From Amoebidium appalachense (lineage: Eukaryota; Protista; Ichthyosporea): DNA of 64,000 nt. A program made the translations under genes and the position numbers. The stretch lies in NCBI GenBank assembly GCA_963693365.1, contig CAVNZM010000011.1, forward strand, positions 5,785,921 to 5,849,920, written 5' to 3'. How positions within the stretch are numbered: the stretch's first letter is position 1; every line of letters starts with the position of its first letter. Below the pieces are notes generated by a model. That model had not been told where the DNA came from. It saw only the letters and a list, made by a program, of their open reading frames with translations, and ran no database searches. Positions 1-47,225 of this stretch are shown in pieces.

Positions 1-66
1 CACCCACCCACACATACACATACAACTACAGATAAACATGCATAAACACAACACACAAGCACCCCG

Positions 67-588
67 AGGGCTCAACCAGATCGGCAGAATTATTCTGCAA
101 AAAGCAAAATATTTATGATAAAAGCAGAATTATGCAAACAGCAGAATTATTCAGCTAAAACAAGTCTATCTGCTCCTGTGAGCAGAATAATTCTCGCTTT
201 TTTTGGAATGATTCTACTAAAAGCAGAAAGATTTTGCTAAAAGCAGAGCTGATCTACTAAAAGCAAAATGATTCTGCTTTTTGCAAAATAATTGATTGTG
301 CCTTATTTGCAGAACAAATCTGCTTAGAACAGAATAGTTCTGCTTTTGCAGAAATTTCTCGCTTTCCGTGGAATAATTCTGCTAAAAGCAGAAAAACTTT
401 GCTAAAAGCAGAGCTAATCTACTAAAACCAAAACGATTCTGCTTTTTGCAAAATAATTGATTGTGCCTTTACAGAACAATTCTGCTTAGAACGGAATACT
501 TTTGCTTTTGCAGACTATTTTAAATTTCCATTAAGCATAATATAATTCTGCTTGGAGCAAGCTGACTCTGCCGATGTGGTTGGGCCCT
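67..588. mobile_element. Non-autonomous TIR element (MITE-like, hAT-like ends) filled with an internal palindromic satellite
   Basis: 22-bp terminal inverted repeats AGGGCTCAACCAGATCGGCAGA (67-88) and TCTGCCGATGTGGTTGGGCCCT (567-588), 2 mismatches. Interior is built of GCAGAA-nnn-TTCTGC / AAAAGCAGA units with a ~165-bp tandem duplication (~205-360 vs ~370-520). No clear target-site duplication. Confidence 0.65.
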
Positions 589-1034
589 ACACAGCGCCAC
601 ATGAACACAATTTACACATAGTCGCAAACACACACCGGCGTAGACATGCACAGTGCCGCACCATGATGATAAACATGCACGCACAACACGAGTCCACAAC
701 CATGTGCACGGACACGCACACATGCGAGTGAAGGTGCACGCACGCACACGGAGATACACACACACACAGATAGACACCGAGGTCACACTCACACACGTAC
801 ACAGTGTCGCACGCACACACACGCATAAATGTACATACACACAAACACACACTGACACGCACGCACACGCACAAGCATACACACACACATGTACACACCA
901 ACCGTGGGACACACGTGCACACGCACGAACACACACACGCGCGCACACACACACACACGCACACAGGCACACAGACACCCACACACACACACACACACAT
1001 ACACACGGGCACACACACCCACACACACACACCA

Positions 1035-1066
<32 letters not shown>

Positions 1067-1190
1067 ACACACACACACACGTGACACAAGCACACACACA
1101 CACACATACAAACACACACACACACACACAAACACACACAAACACACACGCACAGACACGCGCGCGCACGCGCACACACACACACACACG

Positions 1191-1249
<59 letters not shown>

Positions 1250-1819
1250 CCACACACACACACACGAACGAAGCACGTACATGTATACGTACACACAAAG
1301 TACACACGGAGCAGACTCCTATAGCCACATGTAAACATTACATATGATCATCATCATATGCACCATGTCGATTTCGACGCGAACTTGCAATTGAGTTCTC
1401 ACACGTACTGACGGTGTGCACGCGCTGCGATGAACTTTACGTTCGCTGCAGGCGGGTTTACACTCTCGCGACAGCGTGCATGCTTTCTGTCGCGGCGCCT
1501 CGACGGTTCGATAGAGTCCAGTGTTCGCTGAATGTGTAAGGAAAAATAAGGAGCCATCTCAGTAGGTGGCAGAATTGAGTTCCACTACGACACTTCTGGT
1601 GCACACAGGTCATCATGCAAAAACGAGTTAAGACGTACATATCTTTAGTGTGCTGTACACGCTGCCTACAAACACCGACATGTAATTTCTTTTCCCTATG
1701 CCGCCCCGTTTGCTGAATTAGCGGCTTGCTTCTATACTGACACGCACGGGGCAATGAATCATCAGTTTTTCCGAACGCGCAGGTCCGCCAGAGTGACTGA
1801 CTACACCCATGCCAACGCC

Positions 1820-1985
1820 CCGCCCACGTGAACGGGATCGATCTAGTATCCTGCTATAAATGATTATATCGTTGGTTGTCAGTGATCAATCTTGTGATCG
1901 GATAAAACTGACCAATCAAGAACGCCAATATGTCGAATAGATCGGCCCGGATTGGCGGATGGCATACGTGCGCGGTAAGCTCCCC
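1820..1985 (+). promoter_or_regulatory. Putative promoter and possible 5'UTR intron donor of the exonuclease-like gene
   Basis: CACGTG (~1825), CCAAT boxes (~1911, ~1925, ATTGG ~1951) and G|GTAAGC at 1975, in microsatellite-free unique sequence upstream of the ORF. Motif-only evidence. Confidence 0.3.
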
Positions 1986-2644
1986 ATCCCAGTGTAGGCC
2001 CTCGTGCAGGCTCCCCGTGATTACGCGTTTGTTTTGTTTAACTTTAACTATAATAAGCAGTCTTTTCCCCCCTGTTGCATTAGTGTATGGCAGAGCGTGA
2101 ATTCTCTATGTTAGTTTTTCCTAGCTAATTTGCACTGTACTGCATGCATTTTCATATTCAGCTGTTTGGCTTTCAAAAAGAACGAAGCTCACGGAGCCTC
2201 GGTTACGTTCGTCACATGATTTGGATACTGCAGCCTGCCTAACGCTTTTTGGCTCTCGATCGCGAGCTCCAGTATAAAGCAAACGCCATAGAAATGTCAC
2301 AATGAGCACATAATTTCACGATAAGACTTAAAATACATGTACATGATCGTTTTGTGTATCTAATATTCCTCCACAAGAAAAACTCACAACTCAGCTTGCC
2401 GAGTAGATGCTCAAGTTGACCCAAAACGACCAGCAAGTCGACGCATTACCTGCAGCTATTTCCGAGTATACTATTTTTCTGTTGAAAGCTCGGGAAAGAA
2501 CAAATGCCATTCACCTCTGTAGTTGCATCTCGGAAAGTCGAGCTGCTGTGGTTTTACGTTTAGTCTGCTAATGGCACCCAGAAAGACTTGCAACGTTTAC
2601 ACGTGAATAAACACATAGTTGTCCCCAACACCACGACAAAAGAA

Positions 2645-3304
2645 ATGGCGTCCCCTTCTATTCGAATTCGTGCTCTAAGCTGCCAAATGGTGCTATGTGC
2701 CGGAAACACAGAGGAGGTCATACGTGTTTCAGTTGTCGACTACAACTTCGACGTGATTTACGACGAAATCGTTCGGCCCCGATACGACGTGATCGATTTC
2801 CACACAGAAGTTACAGGCATCACCCCAGCCTCTCTACTTCATGCAAAACCTTACAACGCTGTGGTATGGGATGTTCTTCACCTTTTACGTGGTGGATGTA
2901 TTGTCGTTGGCCATTCCCTGTTGCAGTATTTCGATGCGTTGGAGTATCACCCAAGCCGTTTCTGTGTGCGAGACACGCAAACGTACCCTTCGTTTCAGTC
3001 TGCGACTGGTCTGATGGCAGCGCCTCTGCAAGACACGTGCAGGAAAATTCTAAACGTTGGCTTGGACACTATGCGAGAACGTCGCGGGGGTATTCATAGC
3101 GCACCGGAGGATGCGATTTTGGCAATGATGCTATACATGAAAGTTAAGAAGGAGTGGGAGGGTATGTTGCGCATGGGTCGGGGGGTGTATTCGGAATTTC
3201 GGTCCAGGCGGGATGTGGAAAACCAGGCCCGAGGGCTGCAGATGAGCTCATATGAAGCGGCTTGCCACCGTGGCAAGACAGATTTGCTCCCCCTCTGTGC
3301 TTGA
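2645..3304 (+). CDS. REX4/ISG20-like DEDDh 3'-5' exonuclease-fold protein, intronless CDS, probably catalytically impaired
   Basis: 219 aa from ATG 2645. Family motifs present: RVSVVD, YDEIVRP, VIDFHTEVTGIT, IVVGHSL, VRDT, HSAPEDA, MMLY..VKKEWE. ExoI reads ALSCQMV instead of ALDCEMV. Confidence 0.85.
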   Translation: MASPSIRIRALSCQMVLCAGNTEEVIRVSVVDYNFDVIYDEIVRPRYDVIDFHTEVTGITPASLLHAKPYNAVVWDVLHLLRGGCIVVGHSLLQYFDALEYHPSRFCVRDTQTYPSFQSATGLMAAPLQDTCRKILNVGLDTMRERRGGIHSAPEDAILAMMLYMKVKKEWEGMLRMGRGVYSEFRSRRDVENQARGLQMSSYEAACHRGKTDLLPLCA

Positions 3305-3568
3305 GATTTTTTTTGTATAAGTTCCGTTTACGTCATATGGTTAAAAAGAAGATCAATAAAATGCTGCCTGCCAGTGGTATGCACGCACCATCTTCATTCA
3401 TGATCTTTGTCTGAGCGAATCAAGTGTGCTGTACTACATACCGAGTTGGTTTTGTGTGCGTGCGTGCGTGCATGTGTGAGTGCGTGTGCTGTGCGATGTG
3501 TGCATTGTGCGTGTGCATGTGCGTGTGCGTTTGCGTGTGTGTGTGCCTGTGCGTACGCATGTGTGTGT

Positions 3569-3639
<71 letters not shown>

Positions 3640-4568
3640 TGTGTGTCCATGTGCATGTGCGTGTGCATGTGCGTGTGCGTGTGCATGTGTGCGCGCGTGC
3701 GTGTACGTGTGCGTGCTCGCGCGTTCGACTGTGTGTGTGGGTGTACACGCATGTGACTGTGTTCGTGTCAACACCGTGGTGGTTACGGTGTTGGCTTTTT
3801 CTTGGAGAAGGGCCGGGGGGCAAGGGGGGGGGGGGGGGGGGGGTTCTTGCCGGGGGGGGGTCCCTCCCTCAGTGTGGAAACTAGAACACACCTGACTAGC
3901 ACGAGTGTGCTCTGACAGTATATTAGCCTGTTTGCGTGTAAGTTGTGTGTATGTGCCTTTCAGTGTACTTTGTTGGTTTTAAACCAGTTAGGTGGCAGGC
4001 AGTACGGGCAAGGAGCCCGGGGGGGGGAGGAGGGGGGGAGGGGGGGGGGGGGGGAGAGGGAGGGGGGGGGGGGGGGGAGGGGAGGAGGGAAAGAACGGGA
4101 TGTACATGTGCTCTAAATCACTCCTTCTATACGCTGGTGATAAAGCTCTACTAACAATTGCATTGCACCCCTGCTCGGAAAAGCCCAAAACCCCTTGAGT
4201 ATTTAAATTTCAGAACCATTCTTTTTCAATGATTTTTTTTTGCAACTGAATGAACGTCTACGGGGCAATTCACGCAGTCTGCAAAATGTTATATCAGCCC
4301 TCGTGGCATCATCATGACTTGCTGTGGTCAGCTCAGCCTCGGGTGTCTCTCCGTCCTTTCCCCCCCCCCCCCCCCCCCCCCCCCTCCCCCCTCCCCCCCC
4401 CCCCCCCCCCCCCCTCCCCCCCCCCCCCCCCCCTTCAACCCCCCCCCCCCACCCCCCCTTCAACCCCCCCCCCCTCCCCCAGTACCCCCTTCCAACCCAA
4501 ACCCTCGGGGACACCCTCCAGGGCCCCTCTTCCCCAGAGATCAACCCCTTGCGGAAATCATGGTCCCC

Positions 4569-4612
<44 letters not shown>

Positions 4613-5117
4613 CCCCCTGCCCTCCCTCCCCGGTGCCCCGCCCCGGCCCCCACCCCCGCCTCCGCCCCCATCCCCCCAACTTGCAACCCCCCCCCCCCCC
4701 CCCCCCCCCCCCTCCCCGCCCCTTCTTCCCTCCCTTCCCCAAAGAGCTCTGTACACAAACGCTTTCTAGCACAAAAGCCTGCAACGATTAGTACTTCAAG
4801 TTGTGATGCATGCAGTTATGGCTCCGAACAACCAAGATCTGGAACAGATATCTCGGGAATTTTAAGCAACTTCACGATGAGATTAGGAATAAAAAACTTA
4901 AAAAAAAAGGAGAAATAATCCATCTGCATTATTTATCATATAACGGTTTGTGTAAACACCATAGGCTAAGCATGAGACTTTGATAGCTGTTGTTAACTTT
5001 GCACAAGTCATGCACCTAAATCTTATGCCTGCGGTGCCTTTCGGGTGCATTTGTGAATCACAGCCATGCTTAGGGCCCCCCCCCCCCCCCCCCCCTCCCC
5101 CCCCCCCCCCCCCCCCC

Positions 5118-5165
<48 letters not shown>

Positions 5166-5278
5166 GCTGGGCCTTCGGAAGACGAAGTATCCGGGCTAAT
5201 GTGCTTGTCCGTGCGTGTAATATGTGTGTGCTAGTACTATGTGGTGCATGCCCATGCGCACACCATTTTTTTTGTGAC

Positions 5279-5332
<54 letters not shown>

Positions 5333-5363
5333 GCATACTGTGTGCACCTGTAGGTGTGTTTGG

Positions 5364-5401
<38 letters not shown>

Positions 5402-5830
5402 ATGCGTGTGGGTGTATATGTGTGTGCATGTGTGTGTGTGTGCATGCGTGCGGGTGTACATGTGTGTGTTCATGTGTGTGGGTGTGCACCTAGGGGTGTG
5501 GCTTTTGTGTGTGTTTTCGAGTATGTGTGGCATTGTGTGTGTGTGACGTGTGCGTGGGAGTGGGCCCAGGGGGAAGGGAGGGGGGAAGAAGGAGGGGCAT
5601 TTTTAGAACCTGTTTTTGTCTTCAGAGTTAAAAGTAGAGAAGATTCACATTCCAAAACACTTCGATGTTTGGACACATCACTTTGAAGATCAACGACTTT
5701 TTTTTTTTCGGTGGAAAACCGGGCCTTTTGGAACTTCAGAGTCTTTTCAAATCCGGTGTTCACTGACTTCGATATATTTCCATTCATTCTCCACGACCAG
5801 CGTGTTATGATTCCAGGCATTAACGAAAAC

Positions 5831-5879
<49 letters not shown>

Positions 5880-6314
5880 CGGCCTCAAAATAAAATAAAA
5901 TAAAAGATTGTCAAGACTCCACTACTCGTGTTGTGTGTGTGTTCACACCGCAGAATGCTCTTCTTAGAATCGACAAAAAGGGGATCGTACATGCCATCTT
6001 ATGTCTTTGGTAATTAGGTTAAGTTACACAATCCTCCTTGCCCATTTAAACTACTATCACAAAATGTGACTAACGCGAGACAGGCATTAACTTCCTTTCG
6101 ATCGTCGGAGATACACTTTAGTACGCAACACAGCATTAATTTTCTACATATCTCACAAAATACCCCCCCACACCCTGAATTTCTGGTACGTTGAACATAT
6201 ACTGACAGTCCAAATTGCGCAAGAGCCATCCATCATTCGCTCATCAAATAGATACAAAAAACACTGCCTTCAACATACATACACATACATGCCGTTAGAT
6301 TTCATGCATTATAT

Positions 6315-18291
<11,977 letters not shown>

Positions 18292-19237
18292 ATGCTTCCA
18301 TAACAAACTACACACTTGGTAGGTTTCGTGAAAATTGAAGGCTTGCTTTGGTGCATTTTGACCGAAGTATTGGTAGTGACATCAGTATGTGAAAATGCCT
18401 AGGGTTCCAGTTGCTTGTAATGCAAGAGGATGTATGCGCTTCCTCGCGCTAATCTCCTGAAATTTCAAAGCAGCTCTGAATGGAGCTCCCTAAAAAGAGA
18501 CACGTTCACACTACTAACTCAAAGGGAACGCCCAAAAGCTCCTTGCGCTGGTAACAATGGGGAAACGAGATTCCGAGCACGTCCTTGCTCCCGATGTACA
18601 ACAAACAACCAGCGACTGCACAACAGGAACGGCCCTTTCACTACCAGGTAAGAATTGAATTCGTAGCTGAGTATGTGTAATAAATACAAACTTATGTGAG
18701 CTCTGAATACAAAGTGATGAGTAGTCGATGGCGAGTCCTAAACGATGTTATACCCCTTTTCTCTCTCTCAGAATTCTTGTTTCGTGTAGACTGCGGCACA
18801 GGCTCCTTGAATACTTAAATAATAGCAGTTTTCAGGGCTATAACGAGTATTTTGCAGCTTCAATTCACAATCCTTGTTTTGTACACCGCAGTTCGTCCAG
18901 CTAGGGCCGAAATCCATTAGCTTGGTTTTCCAAATATCCGTATAAATATCTGTATTTTCAACCCCTAGTAATAGCACTAATGATTGGCTTACATACTTTC
19001 GTGGAGACCAAGTAGCCAATCGGAGTAACCCATGGCACCGGTCAGCTGCCGGGTCCAAATGTATTTTTAGTACTTTAAATCGTTCTAGTGCCTATATATA
19101 GCCAGAGGGCCAGCAATTATACCGTTGAAAGCTGAGTTCCTCAAGTAAACCTCGACAGTCGAAGTGTCCTGTTTTTTTTTATGTTGTTGAAAGCTGACTT
19201 TATTCCGTGTTTCCGAGATTGTGGATCTAGAAGAAAA
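18292..19237. promoter_or_regulatory. Probable bidirectional promoter region between the kinase and LSm7
   Basis: Divergent start codons ~950 bp apart; repeat-free sequence; CCAAT motifs on both strands (~18983, ~19016); TATATATA at ~19093. Confidence 0.45.
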
Positions 19238-20523
19238 ATGGTAAGGATCACTTCTTCACGCGCCACCCTTCTTTCGCCTCTTTCCCTCCCTCTCCCCTTC
19301 CCTCTCTCTCTCTCTCCCTCCCTCCCTCCCTCCCTCCCTCCCTCCCTTTCTCCTTCCCTCCCTCCTTCCCTCCTTCCCTCCCTCCCTCCCTCTCCCTCCC
19401 TCCCTCCCTCCCTCCCTCCCTCCCTCCCTCCCTCCCTCCCTCCCTCCCTCCCTCCCCCCCCCCTCCCTCCCTCCCTCCCTGCCACCAAGCCACCCACCCG
19501 CCCTCTCTCCCTCCCTTTCTTCCTCCCTCCTTCCCTCCCTCCCTCCCTCCCCCCCCCCCCCCCCACTCCCTCCCTCCCTGCCACCAAGCCACCCGCCCAC
19601 CCTCCCTTCCTTCCTTTCTTCCTCCCGCCTTTCTTCCCTCCCTCCCTCCCTCGTTCCCTCCCTCCCTCGCTCCCTCTCTTGCTCCCTCCTTCCTCCCACC
19701 CACCCACCCACCCACCCACCCTCTCTCCCCTTCTTCCTCCCGCGTTCCCTCCCTCCCTGCTACTCTTTCCGATTTCGTTTCACCCTCCCACGTATGCGCT
19801 CTACTTCTTTGGCTTCCCCCTTCCCCTCTTTTCTCTTGGTTTACAACTTCACTGGTTTTTGGTTGTGTTTGGTCGCTGGATGGTGATGAGGGGGAGGCGG
19901 TGTGTGTGTGTGTGTGTGTGTGTCTGTATGTGTGTGTGTGTATGTGTGCGTGTGTGCATGTGTGTGTGTGTGTGCGTGCATGTGTGATTCCCCGTGTGGA
20001 TGTGGATGCGTGTGTGTGCGTGTGCACAACTGTCTCTATTTGTGTGTGCATGTACCTGCACGTTTGTAGTTTGGGCGTGAGGAAGGGGGAAAACAGGAGG
20101 GGGAGGGGAGAGGCGGGGGGGGGGGGGGGGGGGGAAGCCTAGACGATCCGCTTGTTTCAAATTTTTCTACTGCTATGTCTCTCAGGCACGTGTTCTGCTT
20201 TCTTTTCTACATATGCTGGTGGGGGGAGGGGCGGAGCAGGGAGCGAGGGGGAGGGGGGATGCAACCAGTTGGATGGGTTTCTGCTTTGTGCTTCAACGGT
20301 CTTGGTTCTTCTTTACACACAGCACACAACAGGACACTCTTCACTTGCATTTTCCTAAATGTCAAATCTCTTCTATGCAATAAAACCGTACACAAACTCA
20401 TGTTAAATCAATTTTAGGCACGAAAACCGTACACAAGCTTATGTCAAATCACATTTAGGCACGAGCAAAAAAACTGATTGTTTGCTGGCCCCCCCCCTCC
20501 CCTCCCCCCCCCCCCCCCCCCCC

Positions 20524-20563
<40 letters not shown>

Positions 20564-21577
20564 AGGCGGACCAGAAGGCAGGGGAGAGGAAGAAGAAGGA
20601 GACGATCGTTGACCTGTCCAAGTACATGGACAAGAGTATCAAGGTCAAGTTCAGCGGTGCAAGGCTCAATAGCGGAAGAGAAGGTGTGTTTTTTTTTTTA
20701 AGATGGCGGGAGAGGAGGGTATGTATATGCGGGTTTTTGGATTATGGGAGAGATGGTGTGTGTGTACGTGCATGTTTTTAGACGGCGGGAGAGGAGGGTA
20801 TGTATATGCAGGTTTTAGGTGGCGGAAGGCGGTGGTATGTAAGTGCGTGTTTTTAGATATCAGAGTGGTTGGCATGCACGCGCATGTTTTTGTTTTGTTT
20901 TCGCACATCTTGCTGAAATCCGTGTCTAGTCATAAGTAACTCTGTGCCTGTCCTCCATCGTTTTCCTTGCCCCTTGTGCCCCACGGGGGCTTTCACACGG
21001 ATATGCGTGGTTGCATCCACACCCACACTTGTCGTTGCACACGTAGACCCCCCTTGCCCCCCCCCCCCCCCTGCCTCCCCCTCCCCCCCCCCCCCCCCCC
21101 CCTCCCCTTCCCCGTCCCACACACACAAGCGCTTGCCTAGCAGTACGCTTCATCCGTTCGCTTAGTCACCAACCGATTCACCTAGTCTTGGCTACACACC
21201 TTCACAACCTTGACATGCACTTCACCCATGTCAGTCCCGTGCGCATATGCTGCACACACATGCACATGCTTGTGCACACACACATACACACACAAGGTTA
21301 CACTCGCGCATGCATGCATGCTCGTGGGCTTACACGTGCACACACACACAGACACACACACACATACACACGTGCAGTGCGTGCACGTGCACATCACACA
21401 GTTACGCACAAAATGCACACACACAACGCAAGCACATGCATGCACGCGCAGCTGCATGCTTGCACATAACACACACACGTACACACGTCCCGACCCACAC
21501 ACCACAAGATGCATGCACAACATATTCCTACACACACCCCAATCAACACACAGAGCGTGCACACGGCCACCCACCAT

Positions 21578-21609
<32 letters not shown>

Positions 21610-21712
21610 ACTCACTCACTCACTCACACACTCACACACTCGCACACGCACACGCACACGCACGCACATGCACATGCACATGCACATGCACATACCCTTC
21701 TTCACGCGCGCG

Positions 21713-21760
<48 letters not shown>

Positions 21761-21884
21761 CAGCCACATATACACCACACGTTGAATGTGTTGGTGTTTG
21801 TGTTCGCGAGGACATGGCTGAAGAGTTTGTGTTTTTGGTTGGTTGGTGGTTTGGTCATCATTTTTATTTATTTTTTTATTTATT

Positions 21885-21916
<32 letters not shown>

Positions 21917-22975
21917 GCGGGGGTTGAGGGGGAGGGGTTGCGGGGGGTTGTTTCATGAGTTATGACGTTCTGCTCGAGTACAATTTACCCCGCCATACCT
22001 GAGAGTGCTTGGTCTCTCTTGTACCGTGAGTAAACAGCGTAAACCCTCAAGAACTAATCTAATCATTTTTTTGGGCGCTTGCAGTTCTTGGGACGTTGAA
22101 AGGTTACGACCCATTGCTGAATCTTGTGTTGGACGACTGCAAGGAATATCTTAGAGGTAGGTCAACAACCCCCCCCCCCCCCTCCCCCCCCCCCCTTTTT
22201 TTTTTTCCCCCCTCCTTTTTTTTTTTATAGAAAGCCAGCCCTGCCTGCGCCTGCACACCCTCGCCTTCTTTCCTATATGCTTCTTTCCTTGTATTGTTTA
22301 TTTTTCTGGTGCCCGCTCTCGGTTTTTCCCTACTTTGATTGTTCCTTATCGCTCAGTCACATGCATTTCGTATTTAATGCCAGCGGTTCTATCGAATTAG
22401 TCCTACGTGGCCCAAGAAATATGTCATGGGTTAAATTGTGCCAGATTTTAGGCGCTAAGAGATCTTTTTCATAAGCATATCTACGTACTACAAAATATAT
22501 GAGGTCGCCAAGGAATTATATCTAGCCTGAGGCATATCTAGGCTGAATTAAATATTTCGGTTCTGTGAAAGTTATCTGAATCCCATATTATGTATCAAAG
22601 CTTTATGAACTAGGTTCAAAATTGCCTATGAAATATATTCTCATTATATATCCTGGCTCTATGAGGTATATAAAGGTCGTTGTGTAGATTTTTCTGCATC
22701 CTACGAAAGATTTTTCTTTTGACTCGGGTTTATTGATCCGTTGATGAAGGCAACGTGCAGCCAGATATAAAATTTAAGGTCTCGTGTACATCTATCCTAG
22801 TTTTTTTGAAGTGTATCTAAGGTATATCCCCCATTTACCAGATCCCGAGGACCCAGACCGGCTTCTCGACCAAACGAGGGACCTCGGGCTGGTGGTGTGT
22901 CGAGGCACGGCCGTGGTTTTGATATGCCCCACTGATGGAATGGAGGAGATAGATAACCCCTTCGTTCAGGAATGA
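19238..22975 (+). CDS. LSM7: U6 snRNA-associated Sm-like protein LSm7, 4 exons
   Basis: Exons 19238-19240 (ATG only, then GTAAGG), 20566-20683, 22085-22156, 22842-22975. Translation MADQKAGERKKKETIVDLSKYMDKSIKVKFSG(ARLNS)GREVLGTLKGYDPLLNLVLDDCKEYLRDPEDPDRLLDQTRDLGLVVCRGTAVVLICPTDGMEEIDNPFVQE matches the LSm7 consensus. Confidence 0.95.
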
Positions 22976-25263
22976 CACATGCTAAAATTTCTAGCATCAT
23001 CTTATAATATTGGCAAGGTTGCAATTGTCCGTTTTTTTCGGACTGAATTCCGGAAGCAGAGTCATGTTTCGTTGCATGAGAGCATGTTTTGACGTGCAGC
23101 CGGAAAAAATTCTACCGACTCACGGCATTCGCGTTGCAGCAGGGCTTGTACATGTACTCTGTTGCCTCTAGAAATTCAATCACACGTGACGGTGGAAGAC
23201 GAGGTGCACATCAATATGGTAGTGTGTCCACAAAACTTGTCAATGAGCGAATGAACATTATAACAAAATAAAACGACAAACTGTCAAGAATAATATAAAT
23301 TAATCTGACGATGAATTTCTGCAAGCATGGTACCGGTGACCGTCCATTTTCCCTCAATGAGTGCCCCGACTCGCAGAGTTCCGGCCATGTGGCCGCCGTC
23401 TGAGTCATCCGCCCCAGATGTTCTTAGTGACTGCATGCGCGAACACTTTCTTAGGTTACACCGTATTGGTGCCACCAATAATAGTTGGCATTAAGATGAT
23501 GATCATAACAAGGTACTAACCGTTCAATGGCAATTGCAAGATATATACATACACACACATGCAGTTCCACATGCATCACAGTCACAACGTATGCATGTAT
23601 CACGTCACACACACGCACAAATACAAACACACACACCGTCGTGGAACTAATTAGTGTGTAGTGGGCACGCGCACGCGCACACACGCATAGTTACACGCAC
23701 ACAGTGTCACACAGTCGGACAGACTGAGTCACTGATGATGCACGCACACACGGCGCACATGCGCACACGCACACTTGTCTGACACAGTGTCATACGCATG
23801 CACACACAAACACGCTTGTCAAAGTTAGTTCACCACCGTACCCGTCGTACGCACATGCCAGCAATTGCCAAGTACTGACAGTGTGCACGTGCGTATTTTT
23901 TTCACGTTGTAATTATAAGCCTTAGTTAGGCCGTCATGTGTGTTTGTGTGTGTGTGTCGGTGTACATGTGGGACACTGACCTTCACACATAATAAGTCTC
24001 ACCGGACTGTGCACATGTGTTCAGTTGACTGGGAGTCTGGGAGCCTGGGAGCCTGGGAGCCTCGCTGTGGGCGGAAACTTTCAGTGAAGTTCGTGTTGCT
24101 CATGAGCTGACAGGCTGAGGGCAAAGCGCACCAGAACTTTGACCCCTGTTTCGATTTCAATCCGTGACCTGAGACTGTACGTGTGGCCCACGTGCACTAC
24201 CCGCAATGATGCATCATCAGATCATATGAGCTGGGCACCAGGAATTATTTTGCGCCCAAATTCCATTTACACCCCAAGCAAATATGCGCAGGTTGAAGAT
24301 ATAAAGCTGACTCGTTTTTCTTGAAAGATACTGGCAGGCGAATGCGGGGCTCCCGTCTGCTAGATGGGGCCGGTGGCTCATGCCCCTCGCGCAGGTACAA
24401 TCCAAAACTGTTACGAGAAAACGAATGTTGAAGAGTGTGTGCTTAAACCACAAAATGCGTCCTTTTTTCGTACAAAGTTTTATTATGGAAAAGTAAATTT
24501 AAAAACATTTATATATACTTTGAAGGTCAGTGAACGAAGATACCACTGAGGGACCACAAGAAGTCATGAGATATACTGGAGATAGGAAAAAAACATTTTG
24601 TGAGTTTCTCTGCACTTCCGGTTGTGCAACTTCGGAGACGTTTGACGGATATCTCGCTTGTGCGTTTATTAGTTGTATTTATTGCCAGACTATCAGAAAC
24701 TTGGCATAAACGGGCGGCCGCTGGCCTTATATAGTCCTGAAGGCCAAGCCTACGTCATGAGTTAAGCTTGATCAAAGAATACTCCGGAAGAATCAGGGAA
24801 ATAAATAACACTGAAAAGACACTGACTAGATGTATTGATCGACTGATAATCTCTTGGCTATCTATGTATGAAAGGTTTCCTGAATTTATCTAAACAATTG
24901 CACGCTCAGTCTGGGGTGACAGATCTATTAAGCTGTCAGTTGCCAAATAAAGGCTATTCACATCTCTAATACCATTGGAACAGAACGCATCTCAAAATTA
25001 ACCATGTTTGGCGCAAATACTCTAATACTATTGGTCGATTATTGTCATACATGACCTTCTGCTCCAAAGCACCTGGGAGCCACCAGTTGTTTTTTTACTC
25101 TCACTTTCACCTTTTACCACTCCTTTTACCTGCACACACTTACTTACTACTATATTTATATAGCTAAATTACTTGCTGCGCTGATAACTTATACCTGCAA
25201 ACCCTTTTTCTCCCAAACGCGAAAGTTTTTGCGTTGAGATAGTGTCGAGGTTGATATAGCAAC

Positions 25264-47225
<21,962 letters not shown>

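Noticed and set aside
520-1347. Long ORFs of HT/CV/VC repeats, and poly-P/poly-G/RE/SL ORFs throughout the window
   Set aside because: They are translations of (CA)n, (GA)n and poly-C/G tracts that lack stop codons; no coding signal.
5616-5830. Protein-like short ORFs between the exonuclease and the kinase
   Set aside because: No recognisable family motif and no consistent splice chain.
24366-24405. tRNA/SINE-like head GGGGCCGGTGGCTCA
   Set aside because: No cloverleaf and no B-box downstream.
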